Positions 10,072-21,719 of a stretch of DNA of 64,000 nt are shown here, piece after piece. The position numbers and the translations under genes were made by a program. The notes beneath the pieces were generated by a model. It was not told the origin of the DNA. It worked only from the letters and a program-made list of their open reading frames with translations, and made no database searches. The DNA comes from Macrostomum lignano (taxonomy: Eukaryota), in contig NIVC01000013.1 in NCBI GenBank assembly GCA_002269645.1, positions 248,001-312,000 on the forward strand. Direction: 5' to 3'. Position 1 is the first letter of the stretch. Each line of letters begins with the position of its first letter.

Positions 10072-13000
10072 TTAAAGTTCCTCGTGCTTGCCCAGAGCTT
10101 CGCCAAAGTCGGTGGCCTGGCTGCCAACAAACACGTCGTATTTGTCCATGATCTCCTGGCGGCTGAGCCGGCCGTCTTTGTCCGTGTCGGCCTGGCTCAT
10201 CAGGTGGCGAGTCTCCGCTTCAACGTGATTGTAGTCTTCTGGCACAATCCAACTGGCGATCTGGTTAAGTTTTATATTGGGTTTTATATTGGTTATTTAC
10301 TGCATCCAATCTGGGTCTTCGTTCGGCCGTTTTTTAAGAGTTTTAAAAGTTTATTAGTAATGTCTAGGGGCGATTGTTGAGAATGTCTAGGGGCGATTCT
10401 TGAGAATGTCTAGGGGCGATTCTTGAGAATGTCTAGGGGTAATTCTTGAGAATGTCTAGGGGCGATTCTTGAGAATGTCTAGGGGCGATTCTTGAGAATG
10501 TCTAGGGGCAATTCTTGAGAATGTCTAGGGGCGATTCTTGAGAATGTCTAGGGGCGATTCTTGAGAATGTCTAGGGGCGATTCTCGGGAATGTCTAGGCT
10601 AGGGGCGATTCTCGGGAATGTATAGGGGCGATTCTCGGGAATGTATAGGGGCGATTCTTGGGAATGTCTAGGGGCGATTCTTCAGAATGTCTAGGTGCGA
10701 TTCTTGGAAATGTTTAGGGGCGATTCGTAGAAATGTCTAGGGGCGATTCTCGGGAATGTATAGGGGCGATTCTCGGGAATGTATAGGGGCGATTCTTGGG
10801 AATGTCTAGGGGCGATTCTTCAGAATGTCTAGGTGCGATTCTTGGAAATGTTTAGGGGCGATTCATAGAAATGTTTAGGGGCGATTCTTGGGAATGTCTA
10901 GGGGCGATTCTTGAGTAAGTCTAGGGGCGATTCTTAAGGATGTTTAGGGGCGATTCTTGACGATGTCTAGGGGCGATTCTCGAGAATGTCTAAGGGCGAT
11001 TCTCGGGAATGTCTAGAGGCGATTCTTGAGAATTTTTAGGGGGCAATTTTTGAAAATGTACGGGCGATTCTGGGGAATGTCTAGGGGCGATTCTGGGGAA
11101 TGTCTAGGGGCGATTCTGGGGAATGTCTGGGGCACTAGTCAGTCGATATTTTACAAATGATAAAAGAATAAAGACTGTGACGATCCTTTACCTCAGCCTG
11201 ATCCAATCTACCGTCTTTATTCTTATCGCGAACGTTGCTAAACGTTTCCCGCTCAGTCTTGACCCAGTCGGGCTCCTGCTCCCCGGCGCTGGGCGTCCAC
11301 ATATCGGCAATGTATTCGTTGATATCGACTCCGCCGTCTTTGTCTTTGTCCATGTCTTCAAGGGTCTCTAGGCCGACTAGTTCGCGCATGTGCGGCGCCT
11401 CCTCCGGATGGGTGAAGTCGGTGAACTCGGCTAGGCTGAGCATGCCGTCACCGTCACGGTCGGCGCGTTGCCAACGACGCTCGTCTCTGCGCGAGAAATT
11501 TTTTTGCGTAAATAATTAACATATTTGATTCTACTTGTCATAACGGGCAGATGTGCAACCGACAGCTCAACCGCAGATAATGCTGGCACCCATTTTTATA
11601 GAATTTTAAAATTAAACGTCTTGCTTAAGGACACAAATTGTTCAGACGAGTGGATCGAGAATCGAACCCCCGACCGGCTGGTTGTCATTGACAACTCATT
11701 GATAAGCTCGTGGACCCAGCCGTCACTATTGACGACATGCTGGCCGACAATAGCGAAGCAATTTGATGCTACGGTAAGCTAGTAATAGCCCTTCGTTTAT
11801 GATGGCGCACATAACCTATTGATAATCAAATGACGTCATGCAATAAAAAAAAGTAATAGGGGCTTTGCTCTACGTTCTGCTTCTGCATATTTTTTTCACG
11901 CGCTTACTTTTTAATTGTTTGTTACTTACCTGTTGTATATCCCTTTCGGTTGGTTTCACATTTATTTCTGCACTTTCTTCTCATTTCGCAGCCTCCACTT
12001 TTCATGTTTTCTACTTGTTTTTCTGTCATATTTGCTGTATTCTCATTTTCCTTCAAAAATCCGTTGTTCATCGGTTTTTATCAACAGACAGAATCCGTTT
12101 TTTCAAAACTGTTTTAATTTTTATTTTTGCCCTCTACATTATTTACAAGTTTAATTTACACTGGCAACTTGTCTCTCCTCCTTTCAACATGTACTTTTTA
12201 TAAAATGTTAGCTAATTCATACACTTTAACGCGTCAACTATAAAGTTATTTTGCGCTTCGCTTTAATTCAATTATTTCCCAACAGGCCTTCAAAACACTG
12301 GTAGAAAATGGTTTAAACTAATCTGGCGTTTGTACTTAAATGCGCAGCGCGTTACACTGCCCTGACGATGGGAAAGTCAGGGCCGTTGAACACCTCGTCA
12401 TCAGTCATAAGTCTTATAAACCTTGAATAAAGGTATTTTATGCGCTTACGAATATCAGCGGGTGGAATAAGTTCTCACCTGCTCATACTCTTAGAAGTAG
12501 CCTCGTCGGTATCTTTGCCAAAATTGCGCGCCTTATAGGTGTCCCAGGACAGCTTGTCGGCTGGTGAGGATGCGTAGTCTAGGAACTGCTTGCGACTGTC
12601 CTCGGTGACGTAGCGCTTAGAGATGTAGTCGATCCAGTCGCTAAGCTCTTTCTCTGTCACCTGGAATATTGCGGATGTACAAGTTAGTGCACTGTTCAAA
12701 GGTACCTCACTCAGCAACTGAGGATCTGGGAGGCTGGCCCAGCAACTGAGGATCTGGGAGGATGGCCCAGCAACTGAGGATCTGGGAGGCTGGTCCAGCA
12801 ACTGAATGTCTGGGAGGCTGGCCCAGCAACTGACACTCTGGGAGGCTGGTCCAGCAACTGACACTCTGGGAGGCTGGCCCAGCAACTGAGGATCTGGGAG
12901 GCTGGCCCAGCAACTGACACTCTGGGAGGCTGGCCCAGCAACTGAGGGTGTGGGAGGCTGTAGCCCAGCAACTGACACTCTGGGAGGCTGGCCCAGCAAC

Positions 13001-13587
13001 TGAGGATGTGGGAGGCTGGCCCAGCAACTGAGGATGTGGGAGGCTGGCCCAGCAACTGACACTCTGGGAGGCTGGCCAGCAACTGAGGATGTGGGAGGCT
13101 GGCCCAGCAACTGAGGATCTGGGAGGCTGGTCCAGCAACTGAGGATCAGTGACCAGTGAGGCTGGTGGCCCAGCAACTGAGGATCTAGGGAATTCTAGTA
13201 CTGGATTGCTGTCTAAAACTAAGATCACAGAACAGTTCAACCAATGCCCCAGAATCTCACCATTCCATCATTGTCTTTGTCAATTTTGTCAACAATTTTT
13301 CCCAAATTCGCTTTACTCTCTTCTGGTGACATCTTATCGAACTTGCTGGAATCCTCCTTGCCCAGGAAGGCCTCGTGATCGTACTTGTGATCGTCTTCAT
13401 CCTCGTCCTCGTCGTGGTCCAAATCGCTCAGATCGTGCTGATAGACGCGGTCGCCGCTGTCCTTGTGCGAGGAATCGGCTTTGACAACGGCTGGACTGGC
13501 CTGAGCGGATGGCAAACTGACAGCCAAGGTTACGGCAATAACAGCCAGGGTCATTAGTGGCAGTACAGACGAATGGCAGTTAGACAT
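10072..13587 (-). CDS. CALU: Calumenin/reticulocalbin (CREC family EF-hand protein), 4 exons: 13587-13261, 12660-12479, 11486-11192, 10260-10072 (330 aa)
   Basis: Signal peptide; [11 protein letters not shown]; multiple EF hands; FTHPEE; [10 protein letters not shown]; exon 4 [20 protein letters not shown]...[19 protein letters not shown] ending in an ER-retention-like HEEL. All junctions GT-AG with phases 0, 2, 0. Confidence 0.93.
10360..11131. repeat. 23-bp minisatellite, array 2 (calumenin intron 3)
   Basis: Same unit and orientation as 7925-8817. Confidence 0.95.
11546..11690 (-). mobile_element. Internally deleted copy of the tRNA-derived SINE (calumenin intron 2)
   Basis: Shares TGCAACCGACAGCTCA, AAGGACACAAATTGTTC and GAATCGAACCCCCG with the 42913-43210 copy. 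Confidence 0.7.
12712..13188. repeat. 28-bp minisatellite (CCAGCCTCCCAGATCCTCAGTTGCTGGG on minus strand), calumenin intron 1
   Basis: Directly visible; same family at 26945 and 33205. Confidence 0.95.
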
Positions 13588-14768
13588 GATGGCAGAATTA
13601 ATCTAACTGTATTAATTAATAGCTGCAATTGTAACCAGGGTGTGATTTTAAATAGAAAAATACTATACTTTTTTGATGACTTCATTCTAAAATTACAGGC
13701 AATATGTTTGCTATAGTGTTATTGAATTGAAACTGGAATTGAAAACTTGAGGTAATGTAACACATTTAATTGAATTTGTTTCACTTTAAAGCTTGTGATA
13801 ACTTTGGCTATTACAATAATGACACTGCATAGCACATGTAATGGCTGGCATTATCATATAATTAAAAAACCAAAAAATGATTGTCGCCATTGGGGTGGCC
13901 TAGCCTAGCTCTATAGGCCATAGATGGCTGCCCGCAGGGTTGAGATAATGGTTGAACTACTAGGCAAGCAACTATTAGCTGGGAAAATTGGTGCACAGTT
14001 TGGCCCATCAGCCCAAATTGGCCCAGATTGGTGCACATCAGCTTTATCATTGCGCTAGGGGTAGACAACACTGCCATGCTAGGCCAAGGCATGCCGCTAG
14101 CAGTCTTCCAATTGTGTCACCAAGGCTGCATTGCCAGTTTTACCCTGCTAGCCAATAGCACCCAAGGCACCCACCCTACCAACTGCAGAAGCTAGGCACT
14201 TACCATCCAAAGCTGCTACCCGTGACGTTTGCATCCCTACACCTGTGGTAGGATAGGCTACCATATTGTGACTTTTCTTGCAGCTGTTTATTGATACTCA
14301 CATGTGCATTTCCTTTGCCTCCCCTTTTGTGATAAAGATGTGTGTTGTCAGTGCCCATTCCCATGCTTGACCCTTTTGATAGTCAAGTCCCCTAACCCAA
14401 TTCCTATCCTAACCATTGGTCCCTTTTTGTATTTGGTTTTATTTTTTTGTTGTTTTTTATCAAAACTATATAAATAAAGCACTTAAACCAAGAAAAAGTC
14501 AGAATAGAACTTAGAAGAATTAAGACTAGAACTGCAGATAGCTCAGTGCATCATGGATGAATTAGATATCTTTGCCAACTTTGATGATTCGTTAGAAACA
14601 TTCACCATTCCATTCCAAGACCTTGATCTCAATCCTGACTAATCCTGAGTCCCAACTTTTTGAATCCAATCCCACTTGATCCTACCCAACCAGATTTTTC
14701 TTATCCCAGTTAGGCTATATTATTTAGCAAAAGAGAAAACATCAAAACAAACATTTAATCTATTTAAA

Positions 14769-14809
14769 CTGCCAACGCGTTTCATCCAAAGCAGACATCT
14801 TCAGGGCAA
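14769..14809 (-). ncRNA. Minimal type I hammerhead ribozyme motif (Penelope-like)
   Basis: Minus strand UUGCC-CUGAAGA-U-GUCU GCUUU GGAU-GAAA-CGCG-UU-GGCAG: intact core, 5-bp stem I, weak stem II, palindromic stem III, GUU cleavage triplet. Confidence 0.6.
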
Positions 14810-15034
14810 ACAAACCATCAAAAACACAAACAAGAATGTATTTAAATTAAATTGAAAAAAATTGAGTAAACAAAAATCAGAAAGAATGAAAAAACACATA
14901 CATGCTATAAACTTTTAACTAATAAACAAATCAGTTAAGAGGGTGCACCCACCTCACCACCGCACACAACGAGATCAAAAAATTCGGAGTTGTTGCTCAA
15001 GAATACATTCTTGTTTGTGTTTTTGATGGTTTGT

Positions 15035-15075
15035 TTGCCTTGAAGATGTCTGCTTTGGATGAAACATGTCAGCAG
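15035..15075 (+). ncRNA. Degenerate hammerhead motif (second arm)
   Basis: UUGCC-UUGAAGA-UGUCUGCUUUGGAU-GAAA-CAUG-UC-AGCAG: C3 changed to U, stem III palindrome CATG, GUC triplet. Confidence 0.45.
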
Positions 15076-15986
15076 TTTAAATAGATTAAATGTTTGTTTT
15101 GACATTTGCTCTTTTGCTAATTTTAAAGCGAGCTACATTATCACAGTCTATTATTTAGGCCTACAGTGACAGTGCAAAATCAATAAATGCAAAGATTTGT
15201 TTAAATGCTTTATAAGATTAGATGTTAGATATTAGGCTAGGCATAAAGAACAAAAAAGGAACAGACAAATATTAGGCATTAAGGCTTGCTGCTGGACACC
15301 CTTGATCTTGGTAAATGCTATAATTTCAGATTTAAGTTAGGAATTTAGAACAGCATCTTATGATCTTAGCCCTACTGGGGCACTCAATGGTACCATGAGA
15401 TTTCCAAGAAATCGAGTGAATTAGGGCAATCTTAGAAACAGGAAGCTTTAGGGTTGAACAAATTGGTGACTAGCATAGCAGTAGGATATAATAAATGGCA
15501 TATAGGATAATGGCTTTGGCGTTTGCCTGAGTTAGTATATAAAAACTGAAATACTAATAATTTAAAGCTAAAACTTTATAACTAAAAAATCCTGATTAAG
15601 GAATCTATTGGATACTGTCATGGTGACATGCAAATGCAAACCACTGAAAGTGAAATACTGAAGAATAGAATAAGTCTATCTGAATCGGAATATTTTATTA
15701 AAAAGAATTTTAACTTGTCTTGCGTTGCACAATGTTAAAAAATAAAAAATAGAATGCATTTTTTTGCTAGCCTTTACACGAACTTTTATCTAAAATTTAA
15801 AATAAAAATAAAAGAGCCGCTTATTTTTTTAAACTGGCAAAAGTAATTTTTCAACAGGAAGATATTTGTTGTGTCAATTTTAACGAAGAGGCTTATTTTA
15901 AAATTAAACACCGTGCCCGTTAAAACATTTTTCTTCACGATGACCGGATTTTCAGTTCCACGTTCAGTTCCACGAAAATAAATAAA

Positions 15987-16339
15987 CAAAAAATCAAATG
16001 CATACTACAGCAAGGAAAATCTTTTTAAAATTAAACTAAAAGCATTTTTGCAATATAACATCTGAGTAGACCTTACACCAAAAATATCTTTTCAATTGAA
16101 CATCTGTGAGCTTCGTGGCACACCTCGAATGCTGAAATGGAGTGAATTTTCTTTAGAATTTACGACGTAGATGGTGACTGTACAAAAAAATCAAATGCAT
16201 ACTACAGCAAGGAAATTCTTTTTAAAATTAAACTAAAAGCATTTTTGCAATATAACATCTGAGTAGACTTTACACCAAAAATATCTTTTCAATTGAACAT
16301 CTGTGAGCTTCGTGGCACACCTCGAATGCTGAAATGGAG
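15987..16339. repeat. Direct duplication of about 155 bp, period 197 bp, inside the TIR element
   Basis: TCAAATGCATACTACAGCAAGG...GCTGAAATGGAG occurs at 15994 and 16191. Confidence 0.9.
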
Positions 16340-17220
16340 AGATTTCTTCCTGCTTTTTTTATCTGTTGTGGAGACGCATCGTTCGCCATAGCGGCAAAAA
16401 ACACCTAAGCTTGTTTGGCAACGCTGGCGACCTCAGCCTCTTTTTCTCGTCTGTTGAAAGCACAGAAAGAGGTGGGTTCAAGCGTTGTCAGCATATTGAA
16501 GACCGAGATATGCTGACTGTGTCTGCTGACGTATCAGCGGACCTGACATGCCACGACGCAGACGCACGCTGCCAGCAGTGGTTCATCACATCAGCGGTCT
16601 GGTGCTCCATGTGGAGAGGAAAACCTTTCATATGAGGAGCCAGGCCCGAACCCATTGATCAATCCAAACTAGATGTACATGTATCCTGTTCTACGTTTTC
16701 TCTATACACTACATGTACTTTTTGCAATTTGAACCGTATGTCATCACAGCCTTAAAAGGATCCCCTGATAAAAATCCGTCTGTATGATCCCGGAGTTCCC
16801 GATTTGTGCCCAAGCAGATTCCTATTATAGCTATTCGGCTGCATGCTGCTCGCCGCTAGCTCCAACCCTTGATACCCATCCCAGGCGGGGCTCCGGCCTC
16901 GCCAGGTCTGGTCATACCGTAGATCCAGGTTCGCCAGGTCACAGAGTGGTGGCAGCCAGTGGGTCATGCAATAACCCGATGATCAATATTTGCACCTTAG
17001 CTATCGATGGGGCACATTTGGGTCTTTACCCCGTCTCTAATATAGCACTACCAAAAATTGTTATCAATATGCATGGGCGGGACAACCTGAAGGGCGATCT
17101 GTTGGTCATAGTCTGGTCATAGACGGCTGGCAGCCATCCATAGTCATACGATCTGATCCTTCCCCCATGAGAAGACGGTTCACTAGTAGGGCGATTACAT
17201 ACATGTAAATCATCATCAGT

Positions 17221-17670
17221 TCGACACTTCATCAGGAGTTCTGCATGGCGACACTTTGGCGCCGTTTCTCTTCGTGCTGCTGCCACTGGGTGCTTCGGAC
17301 CGCAGTCTCCTCGACTAACGACAGCTTCCTGCGCTGCGCAGACGCATCGGTCGCCGCCACGGCGAAAAGCGCCTTATTATTATTTGCTTGGCTACGCCGA
17401 CGAACTCGCCCTCCTGTCCTCGTCCGTTCAAGGTGGCATCCCGCCAGATCGACAGGTTGGTCAAGGTGGCATTGAGCGTCGGACTGGTTGTCAACACGCC
17501 AACCTGTTCAGGACGTCCTGTTGCTCACTCTGCAGGGCCCGCTCAGGCGGGGTCAGGCCCAAACCCGTCGATACGTGGACTGCCTCCTACGTACGCGACG
17601 CCAGGGCGCCCGACACTGCCAACGGGGCAGACTTCGTCCGCTCTCAGGCTCTGCGGCGCGCCATCTGAAG
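17221..17670 (+). pseudogene. Degenerate non-LTR retrotransposon reverse transcriptase fragment (RTE-like)
   Basis: Frameshifted pieces read FDTSSGVLHGDTLAPFLFVLL, LGYADELALLSSS, QIDRLVKVALSVGLVVN, matching the QGDxLxP and YADD motifs. Confidence 0.8.
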
Positions 17671-18148
17671 CACCCTGCTCTGTGACTTTGATTGCTAGCT
17701 GCATAATTTGTTGTTGTTGTTGCTGTTATGAGCTAACTTTTACAGTGTATATATTTTTTATTCATTTAAGTAAAACAATTAGTTGAAACAAGTTATACTC
17801 CATATAGTCCCAGGTAATTTTTTTTCTAGTCTTAAGAGTAACTAAAAACTAAAACAAAGTTCATCTACGCGTAAATATTTAATACCATCATTATAGAGTG
17901 ACAGTTTTGCTCAGCAAAAGACATTTGAGCATGACTTTTCTGCTTATATTTTATTCTTATGAGATTAAATTTTCAAAGAAAGTGCAGATAAATTAAATAT
18001 ATTTTTTAATTATATAATTATATATACATGTAATTAAAATTATAATTAAAATTATAATTATAATATGTAAAATATTATAATTTTATATTGAAATATAATA
18101 TAATTATAAATTTATATTGAAGAGAGGGTGTGTAAGGAAACTTTCGTT

Positions 18149-18339
18149 CAGTAGTGCAACCAGAAATTTTATGAGGGGGCGGATTCTGGAGGGTAAAGTC
18201 CAGGGAGAGGGGTCGGAGGGGTGGCTCTGTTTTGGCGAAAATTCGCTTGGTCCCCCCCCTCTGATTCTTTGATTTTTTGGGTCTCCGCGCCTTTAAGAGG
18301 GGGGCGACCGCCCCCGCCCCCCACCTGGTTGCGCCACTG
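18149..18339. mobile_element. G/C-rich MITE nested in the TIR element
   Basis: Ends CAGTAGTGCAACCAG and CTGGTTGCGCCACTG are 13/15 inverted matches; no clean TSD. Confidence 0.55.
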
Positions 18340-21300
18340 CCTTTGCCTTAGGCATTCTCCAAGCAATTCGAAAGCAATGTGCTTTTGAATTTCGTATGCA
18401 TAAGTTTCATATGCGCGCTAAAATGACTGACGAAAAAATTACAATAAAATGTAAAAATATCATCAAAAAATAATATAATTTAAATATTTATTGCAATTAC
18501 AATGCTTTTTTATTTGCTGTTTAAGTGCAATTGGAGCAGAAATGTTTTTACTTTGTTTATACACTAACTATTTAGAGGCAATCCGGAGTGAATTAATTTA
18601 AATTTCGGAACTGAACCGAGAACTGAAAATCCGGTCATTTCTTCACGACCTCTACCGCTACCGCTGTTGAATCTTTCATATTGTATGTATAAGCATTAAA
18701 CTACGAATATCACTGTATAGTTAGTAAAAATACACATGTATGGTAATCACTTGATCGGTTGGTTCTTTATAGGCGTGCTATTTAGTATCTTGTCAACTTG
18801 GTCCAGCTACCCTAACCCTAGGCTAGGGCTAGGCTAGGCCTAAACCCTACTAGTCTATTACCAAGCAGGCTTGCTGTGTCTGGGACAAGTCGACAAGAAG
18901 ATTACCCAGTCACCTTTCCTAGTCTAGCTAGAAATATCCCTAGGCTCTAGTGCTGGGAATGGGAAGTGCAGGTAGGCCTAGTAATAGGGCCTAGGCCTAC
19001 TACTAAATAGTAGGCCTAGTAGCCCCACAGGGTGCAGGCTAGGCCCTATAGGTAGGTTGGCCTAGCCATAGGCATACTACTGCTTGCATATGCAAGATAA
19101 TCTAATTAATTAATTTTTTGTCTCTGACTCTACTCTAATACAAAAAGACTGAAATTTTGTTTTAATTTGATATTGACTAGCCTAAGCTAGGCCTACTGGC
19201 CTAGGCTATATTATTTTACTTGTTTTATTAAAATAGAAAATTAGGTAGGGCCTAGGTCTAGGCCTAGTGACATGGTCAGCAATCAGTTGGCTAGCAATGT
19301 ATTGTTTAATTCAAAACCAATGCCACTACAATGCTAAGCCTAGTGTCTAGTGATAGTATCATTTGCTTTTAATATTGAGTAAGTGATTGATATATATTTA
19401 TCCTTATAATCCTAGATATGTCTTCTCCTAGGATTACAATGATTGTTAGTTTCAGGTTTTAATCTTTAAAGACTCATTCTTTGAGGCCTCAAAGCTGAGC
19501 CTGGTGTAACTAGTCTAGCTCATCAACTAGTAGTCAACTGAGATAAAGCAAAGAGAAGCTGCTTAGGCCTACTAAGTATTGATAAATGAGCCTACGCACT
19601 TGTTGATTGATGTAATTTCATTTGGGACATCTATGCTTAGGTACTCATTGACCATCTAGTTGAACTGACAAGCCCTAGTCATTATCTTTGAATAGATATA
19701 AATGCAAGTGAGTATCTATTAAATTATTTGGTTGGGCCTAGCTTAACTCAAACTCAACTTCTAGTTTATAATTTATTAGTTTGTTTCCAGTTATGTTAGA
19801 AATAGACTAGTGTATTAGAAATGAATTTTATATAAATTCAAGTTTAGAAAACAATTCTTAAAGATTTGCCTAGCTCGTGGTATGCATGCCCTAATAGAAT
19901 ATATTCAAGACCAAATAACTTCTATCATGGTACTTCTATTTTTATAAACTTAAACTCAAATTCTGCTTTAATGCTTAGAAAGAGGAATAAAGTAGTCATA
20001 ATAGGCCCCCTATATGTAGTCTAATCCTTTTATTTCTAGCCCATATTCAAGAAAATGGTCTATTTACTAGAACTTTTATCCAAATAACTATAAAAATAAA
20101 CAGTATTAAGAAAATTCATCTAGGGCCCATATAGCAAAGAGGAAGTATTTGGTAATAAAAGAATAGGTTTTCTAATCAATTTTAGACCTATTGCAATAAA
20201 GTCCTTGCATAGCCAATGCATTATACAATATAATATGACAATTTTAAAAATGCAGTATTGTCAAATAATATGATCCAATCTATGTAGGCCTAGCGAATGT
20301 ATTATTTAAATCAAATAAAACTTTTAACATATATAGGCCTATTAGCTCAACAAACGAAATAAAGAATACTTTTTTGGAAAAAGATTTTATCAATACAAGT
20401 TGTTATAAAAATGTTATGAAATTATTATATTCTTTCAAAATTGAAATATCTAATTCTAATTTCTATTTTAAGAACTAAAAAAAGCAAACTAGGGTAATAG
20501 AATATCTTGAAAAACTAAGATATTAAAATAAATTTAATTTTGAAAAGCATGAAAAAGCATAAACACTTTATCTATATATATAAAATATTGCATTACATGG
20601 TATATTTGTATAAAAAATAAATATTATATACTATATATTATTTTCTACTTTACATATGAAAATAATTTTTGCTTCAATAGAATAGTAATATTATATAATA
20701 CTAGGCCTCACAAAACTATATAAGACCATGTTTGTTATATCATATGCCTTCTTGTTATTTCTAACCTAGATAAATATTCAAAATCTTTACAATATCTTAT
20801 ATGATCCCTAATATAGACCGAGTCCCAAAAAGTCTATTGTATAGATTTAATGCATATGTCTAATATGTTCAATAATTAATTCAAATTCAATTCAATTTAA
20901 AGTCTAAAGCCAAAAAGTTGTTATCTTTTTGTCCTGTTTTGGTAAGGTCTAATTAGAAATTGTGGTAAAGGGTCTAATTTAACAAAAGTGAAAAAAAGTC
21001 TTTAATATTGATATTATTAGAAATTTATATTCTATATCAAACTTTCATTTATTTCATTTAGTATTTATTTTGACTCTATAGTAGATCAATAGTCTAGCAT
21101 GCATATTGTAAAAAATTGCAAGTGTAGTTCTATTATTGCTATAGGAAGTTACAGATGTAGTAAAATGGATATAGATATGGTTAAGTCCCTATGATTAAGC
21201 ACTTAAGCAATGGAGATTTTTAAAACAAATGCACATTACCTAATTAGTATGTTAGGGAATAAGTTAAGCTAAATACAGTATAGTCTTAGTCATTAATTTA

Positions 21301-21719
21301 TATAATAAAAACAAAAACTTAGACAATGTTAATGAGTACTTCATTGAAATATTTTTATCATTCTACTTCCACATTATACTATAATGAATGATAAAAATGG
21401 TTGATATTAGATTTTGCATGATGAAAAGTTAGGGTAAGTTATGAAAATATAATTAATTACAAATAGGCATATAGATACTGAAGGGTTAGTAAAATATAAT
21501 TTGCTTTAAATTTAGATATAGAAAATTTTTAGTTATGGTAGAATTTTTTTTCACAAGTCTCAATTTATTATGGCTATTGATATGATCAGTTTATTAGTTT
21601 ATCATTTATTGCTTAATTTATAATAGTTTATTTTAAATTTCAATTTCCACCTTATAAACTTACTGATTTTCTAAAACTTTTATTTCAGTCTTTTGAGCAA
21701 GTCTTGGTATCTTATAGGC

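Larger units (their letters stand above)
14724..15120. mobile_element. Fold-back inverted repeat (119-bp arms 14724-14842 and 15002-15120, 159-bp spacer), probable Penelope-like pseudo-LTR remnant
   Basis: Arms are reverse complements with few mismatches; each carries a hammerhead-like core. Confidence 0.7.
15940..18638. mobile_element. 2.7-kb non-autonomous TIR DNA transposon with 9-11 bp TSD (Mutator/MULE-like)
   Basis: 19-bp perfect TIR ATGACCGGATTTTCAGTTC at both ends, extending imperfectly to about 33 bp. TTCTTCACG duplicated at 15931-15939 and 18639-18647 (TTTCTTCACGA if the ends are read as TGACC/GGTCA). No transposase seen. Confidence 0.8.

Noticed and set aside
12359-12383. CTGACGA...GAAAGTC inside hairpin GCCCTGAC/GTCAGGGC as a hammerhead
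   Set aside because: No stem II and stem I cannot pair in hammerhead register; it is a simple 8-bp hairpin.
12475-13240. ORFs made of [18 protein letters not shown] repeats, also at 26866-27455 and 33176-34340
   Set aside because: Read-through of the intronic 28-bp satellite; the real exons splice around it.
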